This document shows, piece by piece, positions 8,455 to 17,526 of a DNA stretch of 64,000 bases. Each line of letters opens with the position of its first letter. The stretch's first letter is position 1. The stretch covers positions 5,444-69,443 of the forward strand of contig CAVGWA010000003.1 of the NCBI GenBank assembly GCA_963632935.1, in the 5' to 3' direction. The notes beneath the pieces are model-generated. The model did no database searches. It saw nothing but the letters and a program-made list of their open reading frames with translations, and was not told the DNA's origin. The position numbers were made by a program, and so were the translations under genes. This DNA comes from Oscillospiraceae bacterium. Lineage in GTDB: Bacteria; Bacillota_I; Bacilli_A; RF39; UBA660.

Positions 8455-10728
8455 ATGAAATTAAAATTTAGAGCTGATAAAAAAGATTGGATGATGTTTG
8501 GCGGATATTGTATAATCTTACTTTATTTTGTTGCTGTTGCTCTTTTAAATATTATTCAGTTTGCTAAAGGTGATTTAGATCGTCCTTTTCATGGCTTTAA
8601 TCCTTTTCCAGCTTTCGCACCTGGTTATATTGGATTAACAATTGTTTGCTATATTATTGCTTTAGTCGCAAGTTTATTTAGTGTTAAAGATAAATTTTTT
8701 GATAGAGAAAAAGGTTTTGGGTTTTCCACTGAAGCTAAAAAAGCTTCAAAAGGTTATTCTAGATGGCTTTCAGCAGATGAGTTAAAAAAAGAATTAAAAA
8801 TGGTTAAAGTTCAAGATAAAACTGCTGATGCAGGCGGACTTCCTTTGATTAACGATGGTAAAAAAATGTGGGTTGATGATGGTGAAGGACATAATTTAAT
8901 CATTGGTTCTACTGGTGCTGGTAAAACTCAAGTTGCTATTTTTCCATTAGTTCATTCACTTGCTAAACATGATGAGTCTATGATTATTACAGACCCAAAA
9001 GGTGAGATATATGAAACTACCGCTGAGATGCTTAGAAAAAGAGGATATAATGTTGTTCTTTTAAACTTCCGTAATCCCCAGCAAGGTAGTGGATGGAATC
9101 CCTTACATTTGCCTTATAAATATTTTAAAGAAGGTAATAGTGATAAAGCTAATGAACTTACTGATGACTTAGCTATGAATATTTTGTATGATGAAAATGC
9201 TCAAAGTAATGACCCATTTTGGGAAAAAACTGCAGCCGATTATTTTTCTGGTATTTGTCTTGGTTTGTTTGAAGATGCTAAAGAAGAAGAAATTAATTTA
9301 AACAGTGTTAATTTATTTACATCTATTGGTGAAGATAGATGTGGACCTAATTCAACTTATTCTAATGAATATTTTAAATTAACTAAAGATCCTGCATCTC
9401 CTGCTTTTGTAAGTGCATCTTCTACCATTTCAGCGCCTAATGAAACTAAGGGAAGTATTTTATCAGTATTAAAACAAAAAATAAGATTATTTGCTTCACG
9501 TGAAAACCTATCAGAAATGCTTTCTCATAGTGATTTTGAATTTGAAGATATTGGAAAGAAAAAAACAGCTGTATTTATTGTTATTCAAGATGAGAAAAAA
9601 ACTTATCATTCTTTAGTTACTATTTTCTTAAAACAGTGTTACGAAACTTTAGTTGATTATGCTCAAAAGTCTGGTGGAAAATTACCATATAGAACCAATT
9701 TTATATTGGATGAATTTGCTAATATGCCACCTTTAAAGGATGTTGATGCAATGGTTTCAGCTGCTCGTAGTAGGCGTATGAGATTTTTCTTTGTTATTCA
9801 AAACTATGCTCAACTTGATGAGGTATATGGTAAGGAAAAAGGAAAAACAATAAGAGGTAACTGTACAAACATTATTTATTTAATTAGTAGTGAACTTGAT
9901 GCTTTAGAAGAGATTAGTAAAGTTTGTGGTGAGGTAAAAGTTAAGACTGATAAAAAAGATAAAGATGGTAAAGCTATCGAAGAAACTAGACCTTTAATTA
10001 CGGTAAGTGATCTTCAAACATTAAAAATGGGTGAAATTATTTTAATGAGATTACGTATGCCACCTTTTAGAACAAAATTGAAATTAAATTATGAAATTAA
10101 TTGGGGAGATGATTGTGAAAAAGCATCTTATCCAACTAGAAAAAAAGAAAATCTTCATACATTTGATTTAAAATCATTTGTTGATAAAGCAAGAGAAACA
10201 AAAAAAGAAGAAAGCATGAATAAACTTTTAAGTCAACTTATGCCAGGTGTTAAAAATAATAATGTTTCTAATGCACCTATGAGTGCGTCTGAAATGATGA
10301 AGAATATTGATAAGGCAATTGCTAAAAGGGAAAAAGAACAAAAAGAAAGTAATTCAATTGTTGATAAGGGATTGCCAATTGCTAAAATTGAACCTGTTAA
10401 AGTTCCTGTAAGTTCTTTAGAAGTCCCTAAAAAAGTAGATGTTGAATCTTTAAAAACTGTTGCTAAAAAAATCGATGAATCAGCAAATATCTCTAGTGAA
10501 TCACATTTATATGTTAAGCCTGATATAAAATCTAATACTAAAAATATTATTTCTAGTGCAGATTTTGCTGCAAAAATTACAAATAATGTTAATAAAACTG
10601 TTAAGGTTAGTGCTGAACCTGTTAAAGAAAAAACTGAATTTGTTAAGGCTGAAGAAAATGATAAAAATAATTATGTTACAGATGATCAATTTTTTGATGA
10701 TTTCTTTGCTGATGATGATGAAAACTGA
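8455..10728 (+). CDS. VirD4/TraG/TraD-type type IV coupling protein (T4CP) homolog with a low-complexity acidic C-terminal tail
   Basis: Two N-terminal TM helices. Walker A GSTGAGKT (8905-8928), ITDPKGEIY, FILDEFANMPP and RSRRMRFFFVIQNYAQL. The tail (about 10132-10725) ends in DDQFFDDFFADDDEN. GGGAGG RBS at 8442-8447. Extended -10 TGcTATAAT at 8419-8427. Confidence 0.8.
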   Translation: MKLKFRADKKDWMMFGGYCIILLYFVAVALLNIIQFAKGDLDRPFHGFNPFPAFAPGYIGLTIVCYIIALVASLFSVKDKFFDREKGFGFSTEAKKASKGYSRWLSADELKKELKMVKVQDKTADAGGLPLINDGKKMWVDDGEGHNLIIGSTGAGKTQVAIFPLVHSLAKHDESMIITDPKGEIYETTAEMLRKRGYNVVLLNFRNPQQGSGWNPLHLPYKYFKEGNSDKANELTDDLAMNILYDENAQSNDPFWEKTAADYFSGICLGLFEDAKEEEINLNSVNLFTSIGEDRCGPNSTYSNEYFKLTKDPASPAFVSASSTISAPNETKGSILSVLKQKIRLFASRENLSEMLSHSDFEFEDIGKKKTAVFIVIQDEKKTYHSLVTIFLKQCYETLVDYAQKSGGKLPYRTNFILDEFANMPPLKDVDAMVSAARSRRMRFFFVIQNYAQLDEVYGKEKGKTIRGNCTNIIYLISSELDALEEISKVCGEVKVKTDKKDKDGKAIEETRPLITVSDLQTLKMGEIILMRLRMPPFRTKLKLNYEINWGDDCEKASYPTRKKENLHTFDLKSFVDKARETKKEESMNKLLSQLMPGVKNNNVSNAPMSASEMMKNIDKAIAKREKEQKESNSIVDKGLPIAKIEPVKVPVSSLEVPKKVDVESLKTVAKKIDESANISSESHLYVKPDIKSNTKNIISSADFAAKITNNVNKTVKVSAEPVKEKTEFVKAEENDKNNYVTDDQFFDDFFADDDEN

Positions 10729-10743
10729 GTACTCAGTTTTTTT
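10721..10743 (+). terminator. Rho-independent terminator of the T4CP gene
   Basis: Stem aaaactga (10721-10728), loop gtac, tcagtttt (10733-10740), followed by more T residues. The stem includes the stop codon. Confidence 0.55.
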
Positions 10744-10854
10744 GTATGGTAATAAATAATTATTTAAAATATTATATAAAGAAATATTTTTGTTTTTGGA
10801 TTTTTTAAATATTTAATATTTTTTAATAACATATAATAAAATGAAGGTGGTATT

Positions 10855-11133
10855 GTGTTTATTACTATTGATGATTTTTTAAAATTAGATAGACCTAATA
10901 TTATTGATATTAGGTCTATTCAAAAGTTTAATAATAATCATATTCCTGGGGCTTTGAATATTGATTATACTTTACTTTTAAATAATCCTGAGAAATATTT
11001 GATTAAAAGTCAGTCATATTATATATATTGTCAGCATGGTATTACTTCAAGTAAAGTTGTTCAATTACTTAGGATAAAGGGTTACAATGTATTTAGTGTA
11101 ATTGGTGGATATGAGGCTTGGGTTTTAAGGTAA
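10855..11133 (+). CDS. Single-domain rhodanese (sulfurtransferase) with an intact active-site Cys
   Basis: 92 aa. Active-site loop YCQHGITS. The GGYEAW motif is at the C-terminus. GTG start preceded by AAGGTGG. Confidence 0.75.
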   Translation: MFITIDDFLKLDRPNIIDIRSIQKFNNNHIPGALNIDYTLLLNNPEKYLIKSQSYYIYCQHGITSSKVVQLLRIKGYNVFSVIGGYEAWVLR

Positions 11134-11188
11134 AAAATTTTATAGACATTATTTTACTTATTTGATACAATTATGATAGGTGATGTAC

Positions 11189-12904
11189 ATGGATAATGTT
11201 GTTATAATAGTTGCTTCTTTTGCAACAGCATTTGTTATTTTATTAATTTCTATAATTATAATGAAGTCAAGAAAAAACAAGAAATATAAAAAGATTATTG
11301 AAAATTTAGATTATCAAAAAAATAGATTAGATACTTCACCAGTTGGGCCTGAACTTGCTAAGGTTGAAAGTTATTTAGGTAATGAAAAGCTAGAAGTTCT
11401 TTATAACAATTGGAAAGAAAGGTTAAATGATATAAAGGAAATTAAGATTCCTAAAATTACTGATATGTTAATTGAAGCTGAATATTCTTTATCACAAAAA
11501 GATTATAAAAGTACCATGTATAAGATTGCTAAATTAGAGATGGAAATATATAAAGTAAGGGCTTCTTCGGCTTTTTTACTAAATGAAATTAAAGAGATTA
11601 CTAATAGTGAAGAAAAAAATAGGGGAAGTATTACTAAATTAAAGGCTAAATATCGTGATTTATATGAAAAATATGAGGAAACAGAGGGAGAATTTGGAGA
11701 ATTTTCTAAGGTAGTTGCTTTACAACTTGAAAATATTACTAAAAGATTTGAAGATTTTGAAATTCTTATGGAGCGTAATGAATATACTGAAGTTCCAACT
11801 ATTTTAAAGGCTATTAATGAAATGCTTAATCATATGGAGGTAATTGTTGATGAACTTCCTTCTATTGTTTTGATTGCTGAAGGTATTTTGCCTAAAAAAA
11901 TGGAAGAAATAGAAAGTATATATAATAAAATGGTTTCTGAGGGATATCCTTTAGACTATTTAAATGTTGAGTATAATATAGATGAAGCTAAGAAAAAAAT
12001 ATCTGATATTTTAGATAGAGCTAAGGTTTTAAATATCGAAGATAGTTTATTTGATTTAAAGGTTTTAACTGAATATTTTGAAAATTTATTTACTGATTTC
12101 GAAAAAGAAAAGGTTATTAAGGCTGAATATGAAGATGCTGATAAGACTTTACAAACTAAATTAAAGAAAATAAATGTTTTGGTTAATGATATTTTTGAAC
12201 AGATGAATGATTTAAAAAATTTGTATAGTTTATCTGAAAAGAATATTACTGATTTATGTGATGTTAAAAGTGAACTTGATAAGTTAAATGAAGATTATAA
12301 TACTTTGATGGCTCATACAAATAATCATAGTTTTGCTTATTCTAAGTTAACTGAGGAAATTGAAAATTTAGTTATTAGACTTTCTAATATTGAAAATAAG
12401 CTTGATACAACTTTAAACGTTCTTGGTAATATGCATGATGATGAGATGAGAGCTAGACAACAGCTTTCAGAGGTTGAAGATTTATTAAAAAATTCTCAAA
12501 AGCAGGTTCGTTCATTTAATCTTCCTGTTATTCCTAATAATTATTATGTTGAATTAAAAGAAGCTATGGAAGCTATGAAGGAGATTGTTAAAGAACTTGA
12601 TAAAAAACCAATTACTATTGAGGTTTTAAATACAAGAGTGGATACAGCCAGAGATTTAGCTTTAAAGTTATATGGTAAAACTAAAGAAATGATGAAGACT
12701 GCTATGTTTGCTGAGATGGCTATAGTTTATGGTAATAGATATCGTTCATCTGAAAAGGATGTTGATAGAGCTTTAAATTATTCTGAAGTTTTGTTTAATA
12801 AAGGTGATTATCAAAAGTCTTTAGAGTTTTCCATTAATTCTTTGAATAAGATTGAACCAGGAATTTATGATAAATTATTAAATTTATATGGTAGTGGTGA
12901 ATAA
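11189..12904 (+). CDS. ezrA: Septation ring formation regulator EzrA
   Basis: One N-terminal TM helix followed by about 540 aa of coiled-coil repeats. Length and architecture match EzrA. The ATG at 11189 is preferred (AGGTGA RBS at 11178-11183). Confidence 0.8.
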   Translation: MDNVVIIVASFATAFVILLISIIIMKSRKNKKYKKIIENLDYQKNRLDTSPVGPELAKVESYLGNEKLEVLYNNWKERLNDIKEIKIPKITDMLIEAEYSLSQKDYKSTMYKIAKLEMEIYKVRASSAFLLNEIKEITNSEEKNRGSITKLKAKYRDLYEKYEETEGEFGEFSKVVALQLENITKRFEDFEILMERNEYTEVPTILKAINEMLNHMEVIVDELPSIVLIAEGILPKKMEEIESIYNKMVSEGYPLDYLNVEYNIDEAKKKISDILDRAKVLNIEDSLFDLKVLTEYFENLFTDFEKEKVIKAEYEDADKTLQTKLKKINVLVNDIFEQMNDLKNLYSLSEKNITDLCDVKSELDKLNEDYNTLMAHTNNHSFAYSKLTEEIENLVIRLSNIENKLDTTLNVLGNMHDDEMRARQQLSEVEDLLKNSQKQVRSFNLPVIPNNYYVELKEAMEAMKEIVKELDKKPITIEVLNTRVDTARDLALKLYGKTKEMMKTAMFAEMAIVYGNRYRSSEKDVDRALNYSEVLFNKGDYQKSLEFSINSLNKIEPGIYDKLLNLYGSGE

Positions 12905-12980
12905 CTTTCCTTTTGGAAAGTTTTTATCTTTTAAATTTTATAAAAAAATAGTATAATTACTGAAGAAATGAGGAGTTAGT

Positions 12981-14147
12981 ATGAATGAGTTAATTATGAT
13001 TAAATATGGTGAACTTACTACTAAAAAAGCTAATAGGAAAGTCTTTATTAATATTTTAAATCAAAATATTGAAAGAGTATTAAAAGATGACGATGTTTTA
13101 ATTTCAAAAGATAAAGTAAGGATGTATATTAAATGTAATGATGCTTCAAAAATTGCATTAAAACTTAAAAATATTTTTGGAATTTTTAGTATAGTTATTG
13201 CTTATAAAGTAGATAATAATTTAGATGATGTTTTAGCAAAGTCATTAGAAATTATGGATAAGAGCAAGAAAACTTTTAAGGTTGTTACTAAAAGAGCAGA
13301 TAAAAGTTTTACTATTCATTCAATGGATTATAGTAAAAAATTAGGTGGTGAAATTTTAAAAAATTCTAATTTTTTAGTTGATGTTCACAATCCTGATATT
13401 ACTTTAACAGTTGAGATACGTAGTGAAGGGACTTTTATATATACTGATGAAATTAAAGGGGCTGGCGGATATCCTGTTGGTGTACAAGGTAAAGGTTTAC
13501 TTATGTTAAGTGGTGGTATTGATAGTCCTGTTGCGGGATATTTAACTTTAAAAAGAGGAGTTAGTATTGAATGTATGTATTTTGAATCACCTCCTCATAC
13601 TAGTTTAGAGGCTAAAAATAAGGTAATTGCTTTGGCTAATATAATTAATAAATATTCTGGTAGAATTAAAGTTCATGTTGTTCCTTTTACTGAAATTCAA
13701 GAAGCAATTTATAAAAATTGTCCTGATAATTATATGATAACTATTATGAGAAGAATGATGTACCGTATTGCGGAAAGGTATGCTTTAAAGATAAATGCTA
13801 AAATTTTAATTAATGGTGAAAGTATAGGTCAAGTTGCTAGTCAAACTTTAGACAGTATGGTTTGTATAAATAATGTTGTAAATATTCCTGTTATAAGACC
13901 TGTTGCTTGTTTTGATAAATTAGAAATAATAGATATTGCAAGAAAAATTAATACATATGAAACTAGTATTTTACCTTATGAGGATTGTTGTACAATTTTT
14001 TTGCCTAAACATCCTGTTATAAAACCTGATATTAATAAAGCTATAGAATATGAAAAATCATTTGATTTTGAATCATTAATTGATAAAACAATTGATAATA
14101 TTGAGGTTATTTCAAATTTAGAAGATAATTTTGATGATCTTCTTTAA
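12981..14147 (+). CDS. thiI: tRNA 4-thiouridine(8) synthase ThiI (short form lacking the C-terminal rhodanese domain)
   Basis: IKYGELTTKKANR (N-terminal ferredoxin-like/THUMP region) and the PP-loop LSGGIDSPVA. At 388 aa there is no rhodanese extension. Confidence 0.9.
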   Translation: MNELIMIKYGELTTKKANRKVFINILNQNIERVLKDDDVLISKDKVRMYIKCNDASKIALKLKNIFGIFSIVIAYKVDNNLDDVLAKSLEIMDKSKKTFKVVTKRADKSFTIHSMDYSKKLGGEILKNSNFLVDVHNPDITLTVEIRSEGTFIYTDEIKGAGGYPVGVQGKGLLMLSGGIDSPVAGYLTLKRGVSIECMYFESPPHTSLEAKNKVIALANIINKYSGRIKVHVVPFTEIQEAIYKNCPDNYMITIMRRMMYRIAERYALKINAKILINGESIGQVASQTLDSMVCINNVVNIPVIRPVACFDKLEIIDIARKINTYETSILPYEDCCTIFLPKHPVIKPDINKAIEYEKSFDFESLIDKTIDNIEVISNLEDNFDDLL

Positions 14148-14222
14148 CAAAAATTTCCAGTTTAAAAAACGTATTAAAATACCAAATGTACACAATATAT
14201 TAATGTACAGGAGGTGAAATTC

Positions 14223-14426
14223 ATGACAAATAATAACTCACGTTTAGTAGTTCCTGGCGCTAAACAAGCAATTGAACAAATGAAATATGAAATTGCTAGT
14301 GAATTAGGCGTTAAGATGGGTCCTGATGCTTCAAGTAGAGCTAATGGTTCAGTTGGTGGAGAAATTACTAAAAGATTAGTTCAAATGGGTCAACAACAAA
14401 TTTCAGGTTCTAATTATAATAAATAA
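14223..14426 (+). CDS. Alpha/beta-type small acid-soluble spore protein
   Basis: [25 protein letters not shown] and [13 protein letters not shown] are the two conserved SASP blocks. An AGGAGG RBS lies upstream and favours the ATG at 14223. Confidence 0.9.
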   Translation: MTNNNSRLVVPGAKQAIEQMKYEIASELGVKMGPDASSRANGSVGGEITKRLVQMGQQQISGSNYNK

Positions 14427-14430
14427 TTGC

Positions 14431-14451
14431 AAGCAGCTTTAGCTGCTTTTT
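14431..14451 (+). terminator. Rho-independent terminator of the SASP gene
   Basis: Stem aagcagc (14431-14437), loop ttta, gctgctt (14442-14448), then a T run. Confidence 0.7.
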
Positions 14452-14524
14452 ATGTGTTTATAAAATTTTTTGAATACAAATATGAAAATGTTACTTATTT
14501 TATATAAATTTAAATTTGAGTTGA

Positions 14525-15297
14525 CGTAAAATTTTAAACATAATAAAAAAGTCAGAAAATGTTGTTTTAAATAGGTTAAGAAACAATAATGCGAAAAAGA
14601 TTTTTATTAATGATAGAGGTTATGATACTTTTGAATTATTTCTAAAAAACATAAAAGATAACGTATCTTTTATTGTTAGACTAGATGGTGATAGAAATAT
14701 GTTGTTTAAAAGTAAACCAAGATTAATAAAAGAAGTTGCTAAAGAAAGAAAAGGCAAAGTACACACTAAATTGATGTATAAAGGAGAAAATGTAGATTGT
14801 TATATATCATATACAACAGTACAATTTCCAAAATACAAAGAGAAAGATTTAACTTTGATAATTATATATAGAGCTGGAGAAGAAGATAATCCAATGTATT
14901 TGTTAACTGATATGAAAGTAAAAATAAAGATGAAGTTATAAAATATTCTAAAATGTACAAGTTAAGATGGAGAATAGAAGAATATTTTAGAGCAAAGAAA
15001 CAAAACTATGATTTTGAAAATTTTAGAATAAGAAGTTTAAAAGGAATAAATGTATTAAATAAAATATTAACATGCGTAATGTTACATAATGGAATATTAG
15101 CAGAAAAAATAAATAAAAAATTATTAGTAATAAAAATAATAGAAGCTAGTAAATCATTAAAAAATAAATTGTTAGTATGGTATGGACAAATATCAAGCGG
15201 AATAAGAGAAATATTAAAGCATGCACACACAGGAATAAAGGGATGGCAAAATATAGAAGAAAGAAAAAAAATTAAGCAATTAGAACTTCGGATATAA
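14525..15297 (+). pseudogene. IS4-family DDE transposase remnant (5'-truncated, one internal frameshift)
   Basis: The frame is open from 14525 and encodes ..IFINDRGYDTFELF.. (second catalytic D region). After a frame change near the A5 run at 14920-14924 it continues KNKDEVIKYSKMYKLRWRIEEYFRAKK (the IS4 Y-R-E-K signature with the catalytic E). The N-terminal third, including the first D, is absent. Confidence 0.7.
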
Positions 15298-15513
15298 TGT
15301 TATAAATTAACTGAATCAAGTAGAAAAAAAGAACATATCACTATGTTCTGCGTGAGCATGGAATAAATTAAACTTTTTTAAGAAAAAGTTTGTTGTTTCA
15401 AAATAACAATGAAATAATATAAACTTTTTAGTAAAAGGCCGAAACTCAAAAATTTAAAATATTGAATTTTTTTGATTATTTTGATATCATTTTGTATAGA
15501 GGAGATAAATTGT

Positions 15514-16842
15514 ATGGAAAATTCTCAAAATAATTCAAATAAAAAAAATAAAATTATTGATTTTGTTCAAAAAGTAGAGTATAAGGCTAATAATGCTTTG
15601 GAAGATTCTTTAATGGATGAAGATGCTAAAAGCGAAATTGGAAATATAAATTATAATGATATTGTAAAAAATTCTGTTCAGGCACAGATTTCTAAATTGC
15701 CCTGGTTAGTTGCTATATTTCTTATTTTAATTGTTACAATTTTTGTAGGTATTTCATTTTTTAAAAATAATCCTAAAACTTTATTTACTCAAATGGTTGA
15801 TGGTATGTTCTCCTATTTAAAAAACAATATTAATGATAATGTTTATAGTATAACAGATGGCAATCTCAATTTGAGTTATAATGTTTTGAAAAATAATAAA
15901 GATAGTTTTTTAAGTGAACTTAGTCATGTAAAATGGAACGTTGATTATGTTAAGGATAATTCTAAGGGACTTATTTATATGGATTTAAAAACAAAGTATG
16001 ATGATTCAGATTTTGTTAATTTAAATATATATGGTGATAACGAAAGCAGTTATGTTTATGCTTCTGATTTATATGATAAATATATTAAATTAAAAGATAG
16101 TAAAATAAACTATTCAGTTGATGATCGTGATATCAAGATTATTCTTGATGGATTTAATCAGGCTTTTGATAAGGCGATTACTAATGAAAAAATTTATAGT
16201 AATAAACAGATGATTAATGTTAATAAAAAAAATATTAAGGCTATTAAAATAAGATTGTTAATTGATAAGAAAAATAGAAATAGGATTTGTGAAACTTTTA
16301 TAAATTCTTTAAAGGCTAATGATGAATTTATAAATTCTTTTACTAAAATTTATAATATTAAAAAAAGTGAAGCAAAGAAAAGTTTGGATAAGTATTTATT
16401 AAAGTTAGAAAAATATTTATTAGAATATGATAAATTGAATGTTGTTTTTTATATTAATAGTAAAACTAATGAATTTGTTAAATTTGCTTTAGAAGATGAG
16501 AAAGATATATTAAGTTTAATTTATTATGGTAATGATAAATTAAGTTATGTGTATGATAATGGTAATAAAATAGAAGGTGAAATTTCATTTAATATAAACG
16601 AAAATAAAACTAAGTATATTTTAGATATTACTCGAAGAGAAAGCAATAATAACAATGTTATTCTTGAAGATAATTTAAATTTAAAGTTTACTTGCAAACA
16701 ATCTAACTTTTTCAAAAAAGTTGATGTTTCAAATAGTATTGATCAAAGTGAATTATCTGATTTAGATAAAGAACAAATATATTTGAATATTTTAAATAAT
16801 CCTAAGTTAAATAAGTTAAGTGAAAAATTGGCTAAAAGCTAA
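15514..16842 (+). CDS. Hypothetical single-pass membrane protein (N-in, roughly 350-aa external domain), family not recognised
   Basis: GAGGAG RBS before the ATG at 15514. TM helix LPWLVAIFLILIVTIFVGISFF. N/K/D-rich remainder. No motif I can name. Confidence 0.6.
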   Translation: MENSQNNSNKKNKIIDFVQKVEYKANNALEDSLMDEDAKSEIGNINYNDIVKNSVQAQISKLPWLVAIFLILIVTIFVGISFFKNNPKTLFTQMVDGMFSYLKNNINDNVYSITDGNLNLSYNVLKNNKDSFLSELSHVKWNVDYVKDNSKGLIYMDLKTKYDDSDFVNLNIYGDNESSYVYASDLYDKYIKLKDSKINYSVDDRDIKIILDGFNQAFDKAITNEKIYSNKQMINVNKKNIKAIKIRLLIDKKNRNRICETFINSLKANDEFINSFTKIYNIKKSEAKKSLDKYLLKLEKYLLEYDKLNVVFYINSKTNEFVKFALEDEKDILSLIYYGNDKLSYVYDNGNKIEGEISFNINENKTKYILDITRRESNNNNVILEDNLNLKFTCKQSNFFKKVDVSNSIDQSELSDLDKEQIYLNILNNPKLNKLSEKLAKS

Positions 16843-16897
16843 TTTTTTTTATCATTTTTTTTGTAAAAACACATATCTTAAAGTGAGGGGTGATAAT

Positions 16898-17434
16898 GTG
16901 GCATCATATAAAGAAATAGTGACCAAGGCAATTATTGGAAAAGGGAAAAAACATTTTAAAAATAGTTATACTTTACAGGTGGAGAATAAACCAACTACTG
17001 TTTTAGGGTGTTGGGTTATAAATCATAAATTTAAAGGATATAAATCAGGTGATAAGGTTGGTGTTGATGGCTCTTTTGATATAAATATTTGGTATTCATA
17101 TGATAATGATAGTAAAACAGCTGTTATTAATAAAAAAATAGAATATAATGATTTGTTTAATGTAAAGGTTAGAGAAAATGCCGATTTGTCTGGTGATACG
17201 GATATTATTATAAGAAGTTTAAAACAGCCTTCTTGTTTTGGTGTTAATATTCAGGATGAAAAAACAATATCATTTAATATTGAAAAGGAATTAGGCGTTG
17301 AAATTGTTGGAGAAGCTAAAGTGAAAATTGCCGTTGAAGAGGATGATGAGGCTTGGGATGACATTGTTGATGAAGTGGATGAGGATACATTAAAGGAAAT
17401 TGATGAAAAAGTGTCTGATGATTATTTGAAATAG
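16898..17434 (+). CDS. cotE: Outer spore coat morphogenetic protein CotE
   Basis: SYKEIVTKAIIGKGKK..., TVLGCWVINHKF, DINIWYSYDNDSKT and the acidic C-terminal tail (EEDDEAWDDIVDEVDED) parallel B. subtilis CotE as I recall it. GTG start at 16898 after GAGGGG. Confidence 0.8.
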   Translation: MASYKEIVTKAIIGKGKKHFKNSYTLQVENKPTTVLGCWVINHKFKGYKSGDKVGVDGSFDINIWYSYDNDSKTAVINKKIEYNDLFNVKVRENADLSGDTDIIIRSLKQPSCFGVNIQDEKTISFNIEKELGVEIVGEAKVKIAVEEDDEAWDDIVDEVDEDTLKEIDEKVSDDYLK

Positions 17435-17473
17435 TGTGCGTAATTGCACACATTTTGTGTTATATAAAAAAGG

Positions 17474-17502
17474 TTGACAAGCATAGCACAATATGGTAGA
17501 AT
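17474..17502 (+). promoter_or_regulatory. Sigma-A promoter candidate for rpsP
   Basis: TTGACA (17474-17479), a 17-nt spacer, and the extended -10 TGgTAGAAT (17494-17502). Confidence 0.5.
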
Positions 17503-17526
17503 TGTTTACAGAAACGGAGGGTTATT

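Noticed and set aside
10507-10759. Two listed ORFs (10507-10689 minus strand, 10556-10759 plus strand) inside or overlapping the T4CP tail.
   Set aside because: Both lie within the low-complexity 3' part of a much longer, motif-supported CDS. Their products are I/F/L/K-rich strings typical of off-frame translation of AT-rich DNA, and neither has an RBS.
14150-14222. A forespore (SigG/SigF-type) promoter upstream of the SASP gene (around gtatta...cacaatata).
   Set aside because: This is expected biologically, but the match to the -35/-10 consensus that I could draw by eye was too loose to report as a feature.
14911-14953. Possible programmed -1 frameshift in the IS remnant at the A-rich tract.
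   Set aside because: IS4-family transposases are not known to use programmed frameshifting. The tract is not a slippery heptamer of the A-AAA-AAG type, and the gene is already missing its N-terminal catalytic region, so simple decay is the better explanation.
15006-15230. A minus-strand 74-aa ORF inside the IS4 transposase remnant. Similar antisense or off-frame ORFs occur at 17783-17986, 18149-18442, 19440-19646, 25059-25271, 29525-29866, 31541-31741, 40880-41077, 41251-41502, 54618-54803, 55312-55533, 55934-56122, 59141-59488, 59823-60035, 62853-63047 and 63279-63545.
   Set aside because: Every one is embedded in a longer CDS that has clear family motifs on the other strand or in another frame. 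Their compositions are typical of AT-rich shadow ORFs, and none has a convincing RBS.
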